DNA from: Tubulanus polymorphus
Lineage: Eukaryota; Animalia; Nemertea
Direction of reading: 5' to 3'
Length of the DNA stretch: 64,000 nucleotides
Assembly (NCBI RefSeq): GCF_964204645.1
Contig: NC_134029.1
Span: forward strand, 2,790,001 to 2,854,000
The notes below the pieces were generated by a model that was not told the origin of the DNA, ran no database searches, and saw nothing but the letters and a program-made list of their open reading frames with translations. The translations under genes and the position numbers were made by a program. This document shows, piece by piece, positions 1 through 11,980 of the stretch. The first letter of the stretch is position 1, and each line of letters begins with the position of its first letter.

Positions 1-2747
1 GCTAGAAATAACATTTTTGAAATAATTCTCCATTCTTAAGCAAAGTCTGTTGAATCCAAAATGTGTGGTCGTTGCAAACAAATTTTCCACAGACCACTCA
101 TCCGCAATCTTATGATTGATAAAAATGTCTGTTTTCTGATGTTCTCGCAAAAATTAGTTTTGGTGCGTGCTAAAAAAAATATATGGTATAGCGACTTCAT
201 TCCGACAAGAGCATTTTTAAATGAAATAGCGGTATAAAGCTAACTAAAAGCCAGATTTGGAATTGACATTATCTATACCCTGCAAGACGTTTCGGTTGAA
301 AATGAAAATGTCATTTGATTTGTTCAAGTTTAACCCGATTATCAGACCATATGAAATATAGCCTCGGGTTTGATGCGTAGGATCCGTTACATTTTACCAT
401 AAAAGGATTTAAACAGAGATTCATTTGTTTAACATCAAATCAAAAACCTCGCTGTTTCCCGCGGGTACCCGGATCGTGCGGCTCTATTGGTGGCGATAAC
501 TGCGAAAATAATTCTATTTAATGTAGCCCGTGTTTTCATTTGTGAAATAAAAGAATCCCTTGTTAAATTACCGCTTGAAGTCAAGATTTGTTTATCCGAA
601 AGAAAATCGCACACATTCTTGGTATTTTCTGTAAATGTCATGCGTTTCTTTGTGAAAATAATCATAAAATAAAACCTGTATGTGATATGAAACCTTTACA
701 ATTGGATTAACTGTTTTTAATCAGGCGAAGAAATGAGTTTTATTTATCTTGTGGAGTACAAAATCCAGAAAGCTTTGAAAATGATTCTTCCGGATTACGA
801 TTACTGGATAGGGTTGTCTTTCGACTATGATAAGTATTTGGAGAAAAAATTCCGAATCTCAAGTATTTATTGAAAACGAAAAAGTTGATCGCGCAACTGG
901 GACTGGGTCCATTATATTCATTTGAAATTAACTTACTTTAGTCATCGAGTCGAAAATAGCATAGCGCGTCTCCGGCTTTAGAATCAGAGTTTATTGAGGA
1001 CTTTTTGACCGATAGTCGTCCAACTAACAACAGATGGTCGAGTACATTAACTAAACATTACAATAATAATCAGGGGGAAAAAGACGGTAAATCCTAATTT
1101 TAATTAATTAATCCTCGCTGTTCCGGCTCCATTAGCTGATGGGTAGAGCTTGTTCAATGTTACTCGCTGATTATTCTTGTTTAACAACCGGAAACTTGGA
1201 ACCACCTCCTTTTATAATCTGCAACCGATAGATTAAAACGTCGGACAATAAAACACTGCTGACTACCTACCGCCGGCTGACTCGAGCAGGCTGTGGCACG
1301 TGTGTCACTTCCGGTATGCATACAACACGACGCTGATTGCGCACGCGTATTCCGCGACCCGACTCGGGGTGTGTCAGCTGAAACAGCCAAAAATAAGTCA
1401 CTTGGTCTGGCCATGGATTCTACTGACAAACTGTGTCAATTATCACAACACTGCGGTGCAGTCATCAGCATACTGGTTTATTATCAGCGCATGTAAACCA
1501 TATATACTATATTAATTCTTGTGATTTTCACAAATTTTGGTTTTGTCCTCTAAGCAACTGTACTTTTGTCGAACGATAAAGCATATTCTATGGGCTTGCG
1601 GACATGAGGTCGATGCTTCGACTATTTGTAGGGCAAACGTCCTCGCCTAATCCAACTATCTGAAATATTTTTTTTTCATTTGCTCTTTTTCTAATGTTTT
1701 TGTTTTGTCACGTTGGGCCTCCTTTTCCAATATGCAAATATTTCTTGAAAAATTATCTATAAAATCCAATTATCCAATAAATAAAAAGAGCATTGGTGTG
1801 TGAATATAACAGTATGAAACGACGATGATTCGGTGGTGAGATTATGGCTGTTTGATTATCTGCGCAATCGTTAATATGTATTTATCAGCGGAAAGTTTTA
1901 TTAATCCGTGGTTTCCCTTGACAGCGACGTGTCAGCCGATTACAAATAACGTGTCAATATGATCAGATAAATAGTGATTAATACGTGTTGACCTCTCACA
2001 TCCATTCATCTACAGTCTCCTCCTCTCTATCCCTCTCTCCCTGTCTCCCACTCAATTCGATTGTAATCAAGGCTAATGTAGCGTTTACACTAGATTCAAT
2101 TTTGCAACGCGGTTTGTTTTTTCAGTAACCGCGAAGAATCGAATCAGTGCACACTTGGCTTACGATAATTCCGTCGAGATTGATTTTGAATTAGAGAGAT
2201 GGGAAATATATCGTTTGGCCACGAGCCCGAATTCGAAGACCCAGGTTTCTGGAAATGTATTTCTTATAGTATCATTGTGTATCTATACGCCTATATAGAC
2301 ATACTTAATGGATATCAAAACTTTGATTGAATTTATCCAACGGTCTTTTCATTATCTTATTTTCTATTCATTCGCGTTCACCAAGTTCGCCTTCATAAAA
2401 TATCCAATAACTCCTCTTTTTTTACGATTTCACAGCAATAAATATAACATCCCCTGATCTTTCTTTAATAAATGTCGATTGCACAAGTGAAGGACGCCAG
2501 CATCTCGACACAGATCCGGAGAGGTTCAGACATCGATTCGGTAATACCGCTGTAGATTTCGATCAACTCCATACACAAAAACAGGTTTCCATTAACGCAA
2601 GTAAATAATAGGAAAGACGGGGGAAAGACTGCTTGAAAATAATTACTGGAGCCGAATCAAATGAGAACGGACCGCGTGCACTTCATCATAAGTAATTTCT
2701 GATGAATGTTTAAGGAACATCTTACCCGTTAAACCGTGAGAGTGGGT

Positions 2748-2780
2748 GAGAGAGAGAGAGAGGGGGAGAGAGAGAAAGAG
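2748..2780. repeat. (GA)n tract
   Basis: Read directly. Confidence 0.9.
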
Positions 2781-3314
2781 ATATTCTTGTTTAAGCAATC
2801 ATCCTTGTTTAAACGTCGCTATTTCTCGTAATCTACCGAGTCGTTTTTTCCCTCCGCATTAATAGAAATTATTAACGTGAAGCGCACTCAATACGGCATC
2901 GGTTTGTTATCATTATGAAATTAAGCGTCCGCGGCTGAATGTTTGATCCCGTCTTGTTCTGGTAACTAAATTATAGCGAAGTAGAGTCGAGAGATGCGAG
3001 AACGAGAAGAGACCAGTAATTGATATTCATAGAAGCGTTTTGCGGATAAATGTAACTTCCTGGAGTAAGTGCCGAACCGATGCGCCTGTCAGAGAAGCAA
3101 CATCCTCAATTCATAAGATTTGATACCGTACCATTATTTTGATAGTTATGAAATTCAATGAATAATTTACTTTTCTCAAACAACATGTCTTAAACATAGA
3201 TGCCCCTTCAGGTCGTGTCACCTTTTCAAATGAAATTATCATTTAAGTTGGCCACCGATTGTAAGATCGTGGTCAGGGTGAGACGTCAAACAAACCTTCC
3301 CCGGCCTCTAATGT

Positions 3315-3525
3315 GCAGTCTATAGACAGATCAAATAGGTCAGTTTTGGATTATTCTTGCACAAACCAGTTTTGGCATGTACGACAAAGGCTCCCTTTAT
3401 TGTAACACGATGATGGTAGAGGCTTCACTTTATGTATGTCTTGGGAACACGACAATTTTACGATGAAATGTAAAATTCATTTTACACTAGTATCTGCCTT
3501 TTATAGAATTTATTGGTTGTTTTTT
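3315..3525 (+). repeat. Dispersed repeat family (other copies at about 8760-8960 and 52890-53030)
   Basis: gcagtctataga...tattcttg.acaaaccagttttggcat.tacga is shared with the 52890 copy; tagtatctgc.tt..ata.aatttattggttgtttt is shared with the 8926 region. Confidence 0.7.
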
Positions 3526-6344
3526 CTAACTTGTGTCCAGTAACTTACAGCGAGTCAGTGTATGACCTGGACTGACTGTTAACGACTCGTCTCCTAAAGC
3601 TCCTTCAGCAGAAACAATTACTCGAGATTACTGTAAATTGATGGATAAAATGCGTGGAGCCGGAAGAGATGCCGGTTTTCTATGAATAATAAACTAATGA
3701 TGTTTAAATAAAGACGTTTACAAGATTCTTCATACATTTAATACATTCAGCGAGTTATACACGCCCCCCCCCCCATCAATTCAATGAAGGCTTCCGAAAT
3801 TAACATGATAATTAAGAAAAAAGTATGTATCATTAATCCATTGACTCGAGACGTGACCAAAAGACTTTGAGAAATTGCAAGCTAGACGGAGACGATAGGG
3901 TGAAATTCTATTAAGCCCAGGGTATTAAACAAGTATATCAATTTTGAAGCGTGTTATCACTAGTGGAACAAAATAAAACGCAGCCTCCAAACCCCAATTA
4001 CAATATACATTTCCTACACGCACGTAGCCTGCGCGAGCAACGCAGTATTTTTCGGTAAAGAATCTATTAAACAGTAGAATGATTACACGGATGGAAGGGT
4101 TGATCGTTTTGCGTGCGAGGGCATAATTCTGTGTGATATAACTCGACCCCTAGGGACGTGTTACATGGTAAGATAATTTACCGTTGCCAAACATGGCGTT
4201 CTCGTGAAATCATCAACTCGTTGGTTTTTGCTGATGTGTCTATTCTATTCTTCAGCCGCACGTCAAGAGCTTTATTTCATCATTTATGACTTTGTGGTCG
4301 GATATAGTTTGGACTGTAACCGAAACAATGAGTTTGTATATATTGTGTTTTTCTAATTCTTTTTCTATCAAAACAATGGTGTTAAAATGACTACGATGAA
4401 CTTTAACTTAAAGTTTGAATGAGATATTTTTGAATGAACAAAAGTCTGTAAGAATTATTTTGAGAGTTTGGCCGGGTTCAACACGACGCATCTGACCGGC
4501 CTTCGACAGTTCATCATCAATCGAATTATCAACGAAAATTCAAACCCTTTCAAGTCTTTTATCGACGGTAACGTTTTTTCATCAATAATTTTTCAAAACG
4601 ATCGTCTTTAATTAAACCGGGCCGCTAATTCCCCGTCTTTTTAAACGCGCGTCATCAAACGTCTGGAGATCAGGTGCACGAACTAGACACTGCCCGCCGA
4701 ACGTACTAATTACCGAGAAAACAGATGCGGCACGCGCTGGTCGTCCACGTCACATTTTGAAATACCTGTCTTATGATTACCGGTCCAGATCATTGTATTC
4801 AACATCATTAATTAATTATCAAGAATGAATTCGTACTCTGAAGTCAACGCTTATGCAACCCGATAGCCCCTGACATGTCTAATGAGAACCTTTTGAAAAA
4901 TTACTTCATGACTTCTACGTCTGATTTTATCTCTAATTAATATTGTCAATCTGGTCCCGCATTATTTTCCCTAGTTCACTCGCTAGGAGAAACACCTTTA
5001 AATAATAAGAGGCGCGTTGATATTATAATAGAATGTTTTGTCGTTATTTCCGGAGATGGCGGAATTCATGGATCCGGTTTTTACAATGGCCGACACGTGT
5101 CCAACCAAACACCTAGCATATGTCCGTTGACATATGGGGCATTAATTCGTATCGCAAAAGACTGCGAGACATTGTTCAATCGTCGATTCCGAGCTATACG
5201 ACGCCGTTCGGAAATCCGCACTCGAAACGCGAATAATAAATATGGTAACTCTCAGCCGAGCGACTCGGCGGCATTTATAAGGATTAGAGGGTTTTATTAA
5301 GACGGGACGCGCTCTCTGATTCTCTCGGGGATTTCACCGGAGAAAACGGACTTTTATCATCGCAATTAATTAATGCAATAACGATTCCGTTTATTCTAAT
5401 CATAGAAACGCCACAATCAATCTAGCCGGCGGTAGAAACAGAAGATAATTACGAACGAGCAAATCTAATTAATGACAAATTGTGGTAAAACGAAAACAGT
5501 CATTGTTATAAGCATGCTTTAAAAAACAGTCATCGAACAGTCATCGAACGTCTCGAAGTTAACCGAAACTTATGAAAACAAGTAGAACTCAGAATACTCA
5601 GGTGACTCGGATACTCAGTTCAGAATTTGGTACAATGTGGCTCCAGTTGAATATAGTTAATTTTCAATTGGTTAACTTCACTGCAGAACTTTTGTTCATT
5701 TAACTGCTTTGAGTTAATCAAAATGAATTTTAGAAAAATCCAAACTATGTTAATGAATCCCTTTACGCACTAACATCGAAATACACAGTGGATCCACTCA
5801 CAGTTTTAACTCGACTCGAGAGGACACAGTCATATACATCCGCGATAGGAAAAACTCTCGTCTCGTATCGGGATCTTAACAGTTCCGGTATAGGGAATAA
5901 ATATTAATTAAACACCGCTTGTTGTCTAATCAAACGAGTGGAGAACTCAGGATTAACGAGCTTTACAATAACCAGTATCTCGGAGACGAAGTTCTTAGCA
6001 AGTTACACCGAATTTATCCTCGGTAATTCCTCTCAGTTGATTGGCATCTGTCGAGGTGCGCGTAGCGTTCATTGTTTGTTACACAACTTTATACAGCAAC
6101 GGGTTTTATAGACTGAGTATTGAAATCAACCCCGTCGTTGAAGATCTAGTTAAACTGATTGAACTCGTTCTTAACCTGGCATCAAATAAACAGCCATAGT
6201 GACAATTATACGAGCATAAACCTGTCTGAAGTATTTTGAGAAGTTCCGAGGATTTATGTTAAACCTTATTTCGATTTTTAAACCCAGGTAGTAGCTTGAT
6301 TCTAGTACCTCAGAATGTTCATGCAGTGATACAATCATTCCTTC

Positions 6345-6498
6345 ATGAGGAGAGAATCCCACAATGATAATAAAATGATGATAGTCATCTTCAGGAATAA
6401 AGATGACTATTAGGATATAGTCGAAACGTTGAAATAAACTACTATCTCGAAGTTTCATTTTCGGACTTTTTATTATCATTGTGGGATTCTCTCCTCAT
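6345..6498. mobile_element. Palindromic Penelope-like repeat fragment with a degenerate minimal hammerhead motif, flanked by a 13-bp direct repeat
   Basis: Perfect 31-bp inverted arms 6345-6375 and 6468-6498; inner IR 6381-6391/6400-6410; aatcattccttca at 6333-6345 and 6533-6545; gactat..atagtc-GAAAC-GTT core. Confidence 0.55.
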
Positions 6499-9400
6499 CG
6501 CGTCAACACGGATATAGTGTTCTACCAATCGTAATCATTCCTTCAGTTCGTACAGAAACACAAACATATATTCAACTCGATTTGTCCTGAATTTGGGCAG
6601 CTTTGTTTGTACTAACAGTAAGGATCAGTTGCCTGCACGTATAATTACATGACGCGATAGATAGAAACGTCCATCGATTGATTCCGAACCAGAATTAATT
6701 TCCGCTCGACTCGAGTCACCCTCGTTATTTAGGCGCGTGGATTCAGCGCTTCCTCCAATCTTCACTATCCGGCCCCACTGTTAGAATTAGTTCATTTTCA
6801 ATGAGTTAACTCTCAGTCAAATCTGAACTCGAATATAACCGGTTCCAATCGAGTTTTTTTAATATGTTTTAGGAAGTCATTATTTTGGTCAAAGTAACGT
6901 CCTTCTGTAATGACTTAGTATCAATTTGTTCACAGTAAGCTCTGTTTAGTAATACACAAAGCCCCGTCGTTAAATCATCAGAAAAACAACTTGTAAACAA
7001 TCAGTAAATATTTAATTTCTATTTCTATAGACGAGCAGTTGAATTTATAGCGCGGCTGAATGTGTCTCGAGGCCGGTAGTGAAGTGAATTACATCGTTTT
7101 AACCGGTTTAATTGTATCCGGACGGACGGCAAATCTTTCCCATTAACTAATCAAACACAGTGTGCGTGTCCACCGGACAAGTTTTACACAATCCATAATG
7201 AAACCGGTTATTTAATTATGCGACTCGCCGATAGTTTTGTCTAATGATTTCATTACATTTGATCACAGCTTGTAACTGTGCTAAGTAAGTGGCCGTAGAT
7301 TAGGTGCTAGCGCAGGGATACCCCGGGGTAACTAGTCGCACTGTCTGCTGCAATATTGGGCCATCATCACAGATAGGCGAAACAAAACTCATTGCGCGAT
7401 AGACCAAATCAAATTGATAGTTCAAATAGCGTTGATTTAATAATGGTTTTTCTTGATTTATTTTTACGCGTAAATCTTGCGGCATGTCCCGTTATAAATC
7501 AGGGATACAGTCGTATTGCCTTAAGTCACACTCCATGTGACCAGTGCTGAAAAACAGCGCCAATCCTCACCACAAAGCGTCTTGCTCACTCGATTACCTC
7601 ACACAACTCACCCGGCTGATCATCTCAATCTCAATCTCAATCTTCTCATTTCCCAGAATAGAAATGTTATCAAATTTGAAAGTTTCACACAAAAAAGTGT
7701 AAATCTATAAAATCTCTCGGTGATGATTTCTGGGGCTGCTTCACACTTAAGGTGTCATCAGTATTGTGTGTGGCCGTCTAGTGGAGCTTTAAGTACATAT
7801 GTAGAATGCCCCCCCCCCCCCTATCTGCTAATTGAATAATTCATCATTACGTCAACCCGACTTTGAGCTTCGTGGGTTCGAATCCGTATTTAAGATCCGT
7901 TGTAACATCTCGACTAGAGAAGATGTAATCCACGGTGTAATTCAGATATAAAGGCTGTACCGTAACTGCGCGTCTCCTGCGAATCAGACGCAGTTAACTT
8001 GTATCGCTGAAATTATCATCGACCAATCACACGGCGTTTCTCAAGGAAGTAGTCGTGGCGTGTCGCAGCAGCAATCTTACAATAATTAACGCCATCATAA
8101 AAACACGATTGTCATTTCATTAATCGTTTTATTGCTCGACACAGCGGTAACGAACATCCAACTGTGAGATCTAACCAACATCCAACCGAGATTGAACAAC
8201 TCAACCCCGGCGCAAAATACACACCGTTCGTCAAAATATCTAGATACAGCTTCTGATGAGCATTCTTAGCATTTAGAAAGGAATCCAACGGAGAATTTGG
8301 TCCTGTTGTATTGGGAATGTTGAGATTTTGAATCACCGCAATTTCACATTCGTTCAGGTATGTTTTCATTTTCATCATTCAAAAATTGTAAGATCCATGT
8401 CTATTGTTTTCTCGTGATTGAGATTTAAACATTAAAAGACGTTGAATTTCGAAATACGAAATTGCTATAATCCCAATACTGTTTTATCGTTGCCTAACTA
8501 AAAATTCTTAATCCAATCTAAGAACCACTAGGAAATGTCGTTCTTGAACAAGTGCTTGTATTCTTAGTTCTATTTTTTATTTGAGGCATGTGTTTTTGTG
8601 GCGGGGGTTATCATAAAACTTTTTAAATAACTTTTATAACAACACATTGTGGTTATCGTAGCACCTTTTTATAAACGATAAGTCATTTTATGTGACCATA
8701 GTTTGTAAGATCATAATCAGGTCGAGGCGGCAAACAAACCGTCTACGGACCAATCTTGCATGGTCGAAAGATTGAGCGAATAGATCCGTTTTTGTAGCAT
8801 TCTCGCCCAACCAAGTGTTGGCAATGACAGAAGACCACGTTTACATGATGAAGATAACAGCTTCCCTCGATGAACGTCTTATGCTCGAGAATTTCACAAT
8901 GAAATAGTAGTAGAATGCGTTACGATAGTATCTGCTTTTCATAAATTTATTGGTTGTTTTGTAATATTTTGAAAATACACTGAATTAGAGTCGCGTTAAA
9001 GAACGAACCATGTAACTACGGACTCTTTTTCGAAGAATGTTTGACGTTAGAAAATTCTAATTCTTTCTGTTTACAAGTTTTCCTAAGCAAACTGAAGATT
9101 ATGCTAGAATTGACCCCTAGAAACCCGTCTAGAGCGTATACACGAAGTTCTGTTTGAGTCATGCGTTCATTTCGGTGTTTTCCTAAAGAAAAAAATAAAT
9201 AATCGCCCAAACACTATCAGGAAACCTCGGCGGAACTACCTCACACCCATAACCGTCTATTGAGAGCAATCGGCATCGCTTTCCTTAATTAAACTTGCGG
9301 CAAGAATAATCAAATACAAATTGTCGGTAATTTATGACGAGTTGTATATCGGGAAATATAATGGCAATTTTAAGCGAAACTCGGTTTATTTGTATCGCGG

Positions 9401-11040
9401 GAAATGTTTATGGTCGAACTAACGACATTGATAATAGACTGAGATACCTGTGGGAGTTTAACCGCTATAGCGAATTGAATACATTGTCCGGTTTCCAGAC
9501 GAGATTATTTTACCCTTGGGTCCGAGCGATACACGTGCTACATGTGCTATTATATTGACTGCTTTTTCGAACGAATTATATTTAAGTCTGAGCGACTGCG
9601 GCGGTGACGGCGACGATGAGATTTCGCGTTAGATGAGATTTCCTTATAAATAATAACCCTCGGAATTAAGTTGACAAAAATGCGGCGACGGGACAAAACA
9701 ATAACCGACACTGCAATCTCTGTCTCACAAATTCCTCTAATTGTCCGAAAGAAAATGTTTAGGTAGCTTTTTGAAATACTACTAAAACCTCTATTTCATA
9801 ATTGAATGCCGATTCGCGTTCAAAATATTGTTCCACTTAAACCAAAACTGCCAGAAATATACATATAGTAAGATATATTTTAGCATTACGTTATCATTAT
9901 TTATGTTATACCTGCCAATTCAGGTAGACTAAAACTCATTCGAAACCAATTTAGAATAGTTTCATTAGTAAGAATCCTAGACTTATAAAACGACGAAGAT
10001 AAAGTCCGAACAGTTCCCTTTTTAAGCTAATAATCTATCGATACGACGTTTCAACTAAACTAATAATCATGTTCAGGAATTTATAGAGTGTGTGCTAATG
10101 GATCCAGGGCTTTGAGTACGAGTCGAAACTTAAAGTTCATCTCCAAAAAGTTGATAAACTGAGCTTGTAATTATTACAGCTATGCGGCCGCCGCTCCTGC
10201 GTCAAACTATCCAGTTATTTCTTGTGTTTTCATTTTTTCTCATCAGCGCCAGTTTAACAGAGTGTATGAACGTCATAATGCGATATAATCTAATAATTTC
10301 GTTATGAATTCGTGAAATCTCGGGTTAAATCTCGCGATAGAATTCGATTACAGCCCGCGAGAATCAGCGACGCGGGCAAACTTTGATTAATTCCCAACTA
10401 AAATAACATCGCGCCGATCTTCAAGATGCAGTATCTACAATGACGTTAATTCGTTTTCAGCCGGAGATATGATAATCAGAAATAAGATGCCAATAATGAC
10501 AAACCGGGGCCCGGTTGAGTTTATGAAGGGTAATATTTGGTCGACTGTCTGATCAGTTATAACAACCGGATAACCTCGCCAAACTCTATTAAAGCTTTGA
10601 TCAACACGCTCGACCCCGGAATAAGCGACTAATTTTTATAATCTGGTTGAGGAAATTGTCATTCGTTTATATCGGATTATTTCGGTAAATCATTTGCGCA
10701 CGCATGCCAAGTCACATTACTCAAACTGAGTCAACTACGTTCACCGTTTCATTCGCTCGATCGACACCGCACGACCACATCATATACACTTCACTTACAC
10801 GATTAGTTTAACTACGAATTAAGGATAATATGCTAATAATTCACCGGCAAAATTCTCATTCGTTTTATAAATCCAGTTACTTCATCACCGATATGAAAGA
10901 ATTGAGAATTTATAGAATGTAATATTGTCATGAAACGAATTTTGGCAACTTGTGTTTACCTTCCCAACCGTGTATGTTGACCGTTGTTGAAGCACTATGC
11001 GTGTCGTGACGATACATTGAAAATCCCACACCCAACTAGA

Positions 11041-11216
11041 AAGATGAAGACCGAAAAGTTACCTTAAATCTCATAATTTATTGATTCGATGTTTCGACTA
11101 TAACCTAGTCAACTTCAGGAATACTGAAGATGACTATTACCGGTATTATACTATTATACTCGAAACGTCGAATCAATGAATTACTAGCTTAAGAAAGCTA
11201 TTCGGATTTCATCTTT
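11041..11216. mobile_element. Head-to-head pair of the same Penelope-like/hammerhead-like repeat
   Basis: Plus strand: CTGAAGA-T-gactat...atactc-GAAAC-GTC (11124-11169). Minus strand: attc-CTGAAGT-tgacta-ggtta-tagtc-GAAAC-ATC-gaat (11122-11084). Imperfect outer inverted arms. Confidence 0.55.
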
Positions 11217-11244
11217 CTCGTTATGTTAGGTTGCGATTCTCAAT

Positions 11245-11462
11245 TTATCAGAGGATGCCATCCACCTCGGAAACACCCTCGCCTCCTCGGATGTATACCT
11301 GCACCGCCCTGGATACATCCGGAGCCGTCCCCTCCCGCACTCCGCTCTCCTGATTATCAGAGGATGCCATCCACCTCGGAAACACCCTCGCCTCCTCGGA
11401 TGTATACCTGCACCGCCCTGGATACATCCGGAGACGTCCCATCCCGCACTCCGCTCTCCTGA
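11245..11462. repeat. Near-perfect GC-rich 109-bp tandem duplication (2 copies)
   Basis: Units start at 11245 and 11354 (ttatcagaggatgcc...ccgctctcctga); each has an internal cggatgtat/atacatccg inverted repeat. Confidence 0.95.
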
Positions 11463-11980
11463 TGAAGACATACTGCTATTGCGCGCTATTATTCGCTGGT
11501 TTGATAAGACACTAATATGATTAAGATATTGCACGTCACACACGAGTGCTGTTTAATGTTTAAATCACGTGTATTAGTTAAAGTGAATAACGCTGTGTTA
11601 TTCACCGTTCATTTCTCTCTAAACACGAGTAATTAATGTTGTGCGGTCGTAAACCATTCTCAACGACTGAGCAAAAAGAGAATTTAAATCTTTGCTGTGG
11701 TTGATTCACGCACAGGAGATTTTCTTTGAGTAGCCCATGATGCGTAACTGTGCTACTGATGGTTCGGTAACCCAACTATTCCGCGTTTGGTAATTACTGT
11801 TTCAATGAGTCTAGTGGTAGAGTGAAGGCCCAGAGGGTTGGGAGTCCTCGAGGCTTTATGCGTGGAACTGAATTATAAGATATAAGAGAAATAAAACTGA
11901 TCGCTTTAGATGTAATAGGTTTTCTTTTCAATTGAGTTCGTTCGAAACCTATAATTCAAAATATATTTTCAGAAGTTGCG

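Noticed and set aside
7870-7890. GGTTCGAATCC B-box as a tRNA gene
   Set aside because: No cloverleaf could be folded; at most a SINE relic.
8252-8290. CTGATGA...GAAA as a hammerhead (also 11459, 37932, 53265)
   Set aside because: No proper helix II closing onto GAAA and no helix I/III pairing.
11223-11543. Overlapping ORFs on both strands
   Set aside because: By-product of the GC-rich 109-bp tandem repeat; no protein motifs or splice support.
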